Below the pieces are notes generated by a model that saw only the letters and a program-made list of their open reading frames with translations, did not search any database and had not been told where the DNA came from. DNA of 64,000 bases from Sedimentisphaerales bacterium (GTDB lineage Bacteria; Planctomycetota; Phycisphaerae; Sedimentisphaerales; Anaerobacaceae), in contig OY970194.1 in assembly GCA_963708075.1 (NCBI GenBank), positions 3,168,001-3,232,000 on the forward strand. The letters are read 5' to 3'. This document shows positions 62,598 through 64,000 of this stretch, piece after piece; positions within the stretch are counted from its first letter, which is position 1; each line of letters opens with the position of its first letter. Both the position numbers and the translations under genes were made by a program.

Positions 62598-63764
62598 TCA
62601 TCCTCCTGCGCCGTGATGCTGCACTGCGACGGTCTCTCTTGCGCGTTCGTCTTTCGGCCGGAAAGAGGAACACGACCCTGTAGACGATTCGACTGGCTCA
62701 GGGCACGTCCGCTCAAATACTCGGGCAGGTTCTGAGCCTGATCGACCCCCGCAAAGCACGGCGAGCATGGCGGGACTCCAACGATTGAGTATCCCAAACG
62801 CTGCAATAAGAAGCAGGGTGGCCACTATCGGCGGGACCACGTACACAAGCAGCGCAGGAACCTCCGATTGGGGGAGGTGTAACGCCCATACGCCCTTGCG
62901 CACCGTTTGAAGGATGATTCCATGCCCCACGTACGCAAAGAAGGCCACCGGTGCAAGCCGCACCAAAAGGCCGGAGTGCACGCGCCCGGCCGCTGCCCAC
63001 CAAAAGCCGATACACAGCAGCGTACAGAGCTTCATCAGGACGTCGGATGATACGCCTTGTGACTCTCCAACGACCTTCACGGCTACCAGGATCGGATAGA
63101 GAATCAGGAACCACCGCTCACGTCGGCCGATGTCCGTCGGGAACTGGCTCAGGTACAGCCCGCCTGTGAAAAAGACGACCGCAAAGATCGAATGACGCAT
63201 CCACAATGGCCAGGGCAGAAAGTACAGTACAAGTAGCGCAAAGACCACACAGACGCGACCCTTGCGGCAGACATGCCACAAGACAGGCGAGACAATTGAA
63301 ACAATGATGAGGTACTTGAGAAACCACAGGGGACCATTTATGGGAGTTTCATTAAATCCGCAGAAGGCATTGAGCACGTCGAAGACTGCGAGGTGACTCA
63401 CGTCGAGCGTGCCGCCGGTGAAATACTTGCTGGTCGCCGGAGTAAGTTGGCCGATAACCTGGACACCCAGGGCAACCGCGTTCCAGATCAAATACGGTAC
63501 GATGAGGGTGTGCAACCGTGATCTCATCTTTCGACGGTACACTGACAGGGTCGGAGCTTGCTGCCTGTAGAACAAATATCCGCTGATCAGAAAGAGCAGT
63601 GGGACTGCGCCGGACGGCAATTCGTGGGACACGATCGCCTGGACCGTGTTTGTCACCGGAAAAGATCGAAGAGACGGATTCCAACTGTGAATGAGGATTA
63701 CGAGGAAAATGAGGGGAAATCGTAATCGCGTGATTCGGTCCGAGGTAGTGTCTACACTTCCCAT
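62598..63764 (-). CDS. Acyltransferase family 3 (membrane O-acyltransferase)
   Basis: LRFPLI.LVILIHS, AVPLLFLISGYLF, LIVPYLIWN, PLWFL. Confidence 0.88.
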   Translation of the reverse strand: MGSVDTTSDRITRLRFPLIFLVILIHSWNPSLRSFPVTNTVQAIVSHELPSGAVPLLFLISGYLFYRQQAPTLSVYRRKMRSRLHTLIVPYLIWNAVALGVQVIGQLTPATSKYFTGGTLDVSHLAVFDVLNAFCGFNETPINGPLWFLKYLIIVSIVSPVLWHVCRKGRVCVVFALLVLYFLPWPLWMRHSIFAVVFFTGGLYLSQFPTDIGRRERWFLILYPILVAVKVVGESQGVSSDVLMKLCTLLCIGFWWAAAGRVHSGLLVRLAPVAFFAYVGHGIILQTVRKGVWALHLPQSEVPALLVYVVPPIVATLLLIAAFGILNRWSPAMLAVLCGGRSGSEPARVFERTCPEPVESSTGSCSSFRPKDERARETVAVQHHGAGG

Positions 63765-63784
63765 TTCGATTCCCATGAAGGCCG

Positions 63785-64000
63785 TCAATTCGCCACAACG
63801 GCATTCTCAGAGGCTCGTGTGCTGATCTGTTCCACAACGGAAGCGACGAGCCTGTCATATCTCAGCCATCGGTTCGCACGAGCCAGAACTTCGCGCGCCT
63901 CACATCTGTCTTCCACAGATTTCGATGCCATCGAGTCCGCAAAGTCTATCAACCGATGGGCTAATTCCTCGGGCTGCGCAGGATCGAAGAACGCCGCCTG
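63785..64000 (-). CDS. Glycosyltransferase C-terminal fragment (5' end outside window)
   Basis: QAAFFDPAQPEELAHRL..., typical of GT-B C-termini. Confidence 0.6.
   Translation of the reverse strand, partial: QAAFFDPAQPEELAHRLIDFADSMASKSVEDRCEAREVLARANRWLRYDRLVASVVEQISTRASENAVVAN

Overview
GC-rich bacterial chromosome segment. The gene content (IPAPGA-type PEP-CTERM-like protein, many secreted glycoside hydrolases, Tat-type Gfo/Idh/MocA) suggests a planctomycete, possibly Phycisphaerae; this is inference only. In order, the window holds: a partial sugar ABC-binding protein, an MBL-fold hydrolase, a GH127-family hydrolase, a PEP-CTERM-like protein, a small Cys-rich ORF, a TPR/archaemetzincin-like protein lacking its catalytic motif, ThuA, dprA and folC. 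Next is an extended rhamnose locus (rhaB, PHP-like, long MDR dehydrogenase, DUF2961/GH172, rhaA, rhaT, NCS1-like permease plus a 57-aa membrane protein, aldolase-SDR fusion). It is followed by an ORF-poor ~600-nt unit behind a consensus promoter, a cluster of DUF4038/GH140 apiosidase-like and GH5-like/GH16 genes, and an E1(alpha-beta fused)/E2/FucI-like operon. Then come a ferritin-like cargo plus family 1 encapsulin, a tailspike-like beta-helix protein, an FGE-domain fusion, DUF3795 and a secreted metacaspase. A tandemly duplicated module (promoter, covarying structured 5' leader, secreted protein, terminator) carries an IS remnant between its parts. The window ends with the distal part of a polysaccharide biosynthesis cluster. 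About eight frameshifts in otherwise intact genes look like long-read indel errors. Several families of intergenic palindromic repeats recur. No rRNA, convincing tRNA or CRISPR array was seen. The best candidates for new biology are the duplicated structured leader RNA module, the pseudo-protease, the sugar-linked ThDP complex and the promoter-bounded noncoding region.
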